Positions 63,703 through 64,000 of a stretch of DNA of 64,000 bases are shown piece after piece. The number at the start of each line of letters is the position of its first letter. Position 1 is the stretch's first letter. The stretch lies in the NCBI GenBank assembly GCA_038087875.1, contig CM075994.1, forward strand, positions 4,838,001 to 4,902,000, given 5' to 3'. A program made the translations under genes and the position numbers. The notes below the pieces were generated by a model. The model was given only the letters and a program-made list of their open reading frames with translations. It was not told the DNA's origin and searched no databases. The DNA is from Malacoraja senta. Taxonomy: Eukaryota.

Positions 63703-64000
63703 CTGTAGATCAGTGCATGTTCCTTTAACAGTGACCTCACCACTACTAACCACTCCCCATTGTCTCTCCTATAATGGTAAGGTTCCCACCTCCAGCCCTC
63801 TCTCTAGCTTCAGTGATGAACACGGACAGCTATTGCATGGTGTGTGTTAGTGATTTAATAAACCATCAGTAAAAGACTCTGTGTAGGAACCAAGTCATTT
63901 TACATGGTGTCGAAGTGGTAGACCCGCGTCTCCTGTTTATCGGTTTTTCTTTTTATTCTTTGCTTTCTCCCAGTTGTTCACGTCTCCCCCCGTTTTCATT

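Overview
This is vertebrate genomic DNA, not prokaryotic. The HE1/V-SINE-type SINEs and CR1 tails point to a cartilaginous fish such as a skate or ray (inference). Most of the window is nested transposable elements: CR1, L2, Rex1/Babar and L1 LINEs, Penelope-like fragments with hammerhead motifs, a Tc1 relic, a possible Helitron and three LTR elements. The main element is a minus-strand provirus at 38995-46917 with a TTGA target-site duplication (TSD). It carries gag-PR-RT, two RNase H-like domains, an integrase and a probably spliced env-like gene with a signal peptide, an Ig-like domain, a furin site and a fusion-peptide/heptad region, which fits a lokiretrovirus-type architecture. The window also holds an old internally deleted ERV with a tRNA-Pro PBS and a decayed ORF running into U3 (7356-15711), a CsRn1-like Gypsy element (16659-21620) and a full-length L1 with an apparent 3' transduction (29426-35874). 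Between the repeats are decayed exon-like pieces with cadherin-repeat motifs on the + strand, suggesting a pseudogenised large cadherin gene. I see no intact host CDS, rRNA, tRNA gene or CRISPR array. All calls were made by eye, and boundaries of old repeats are approximate.
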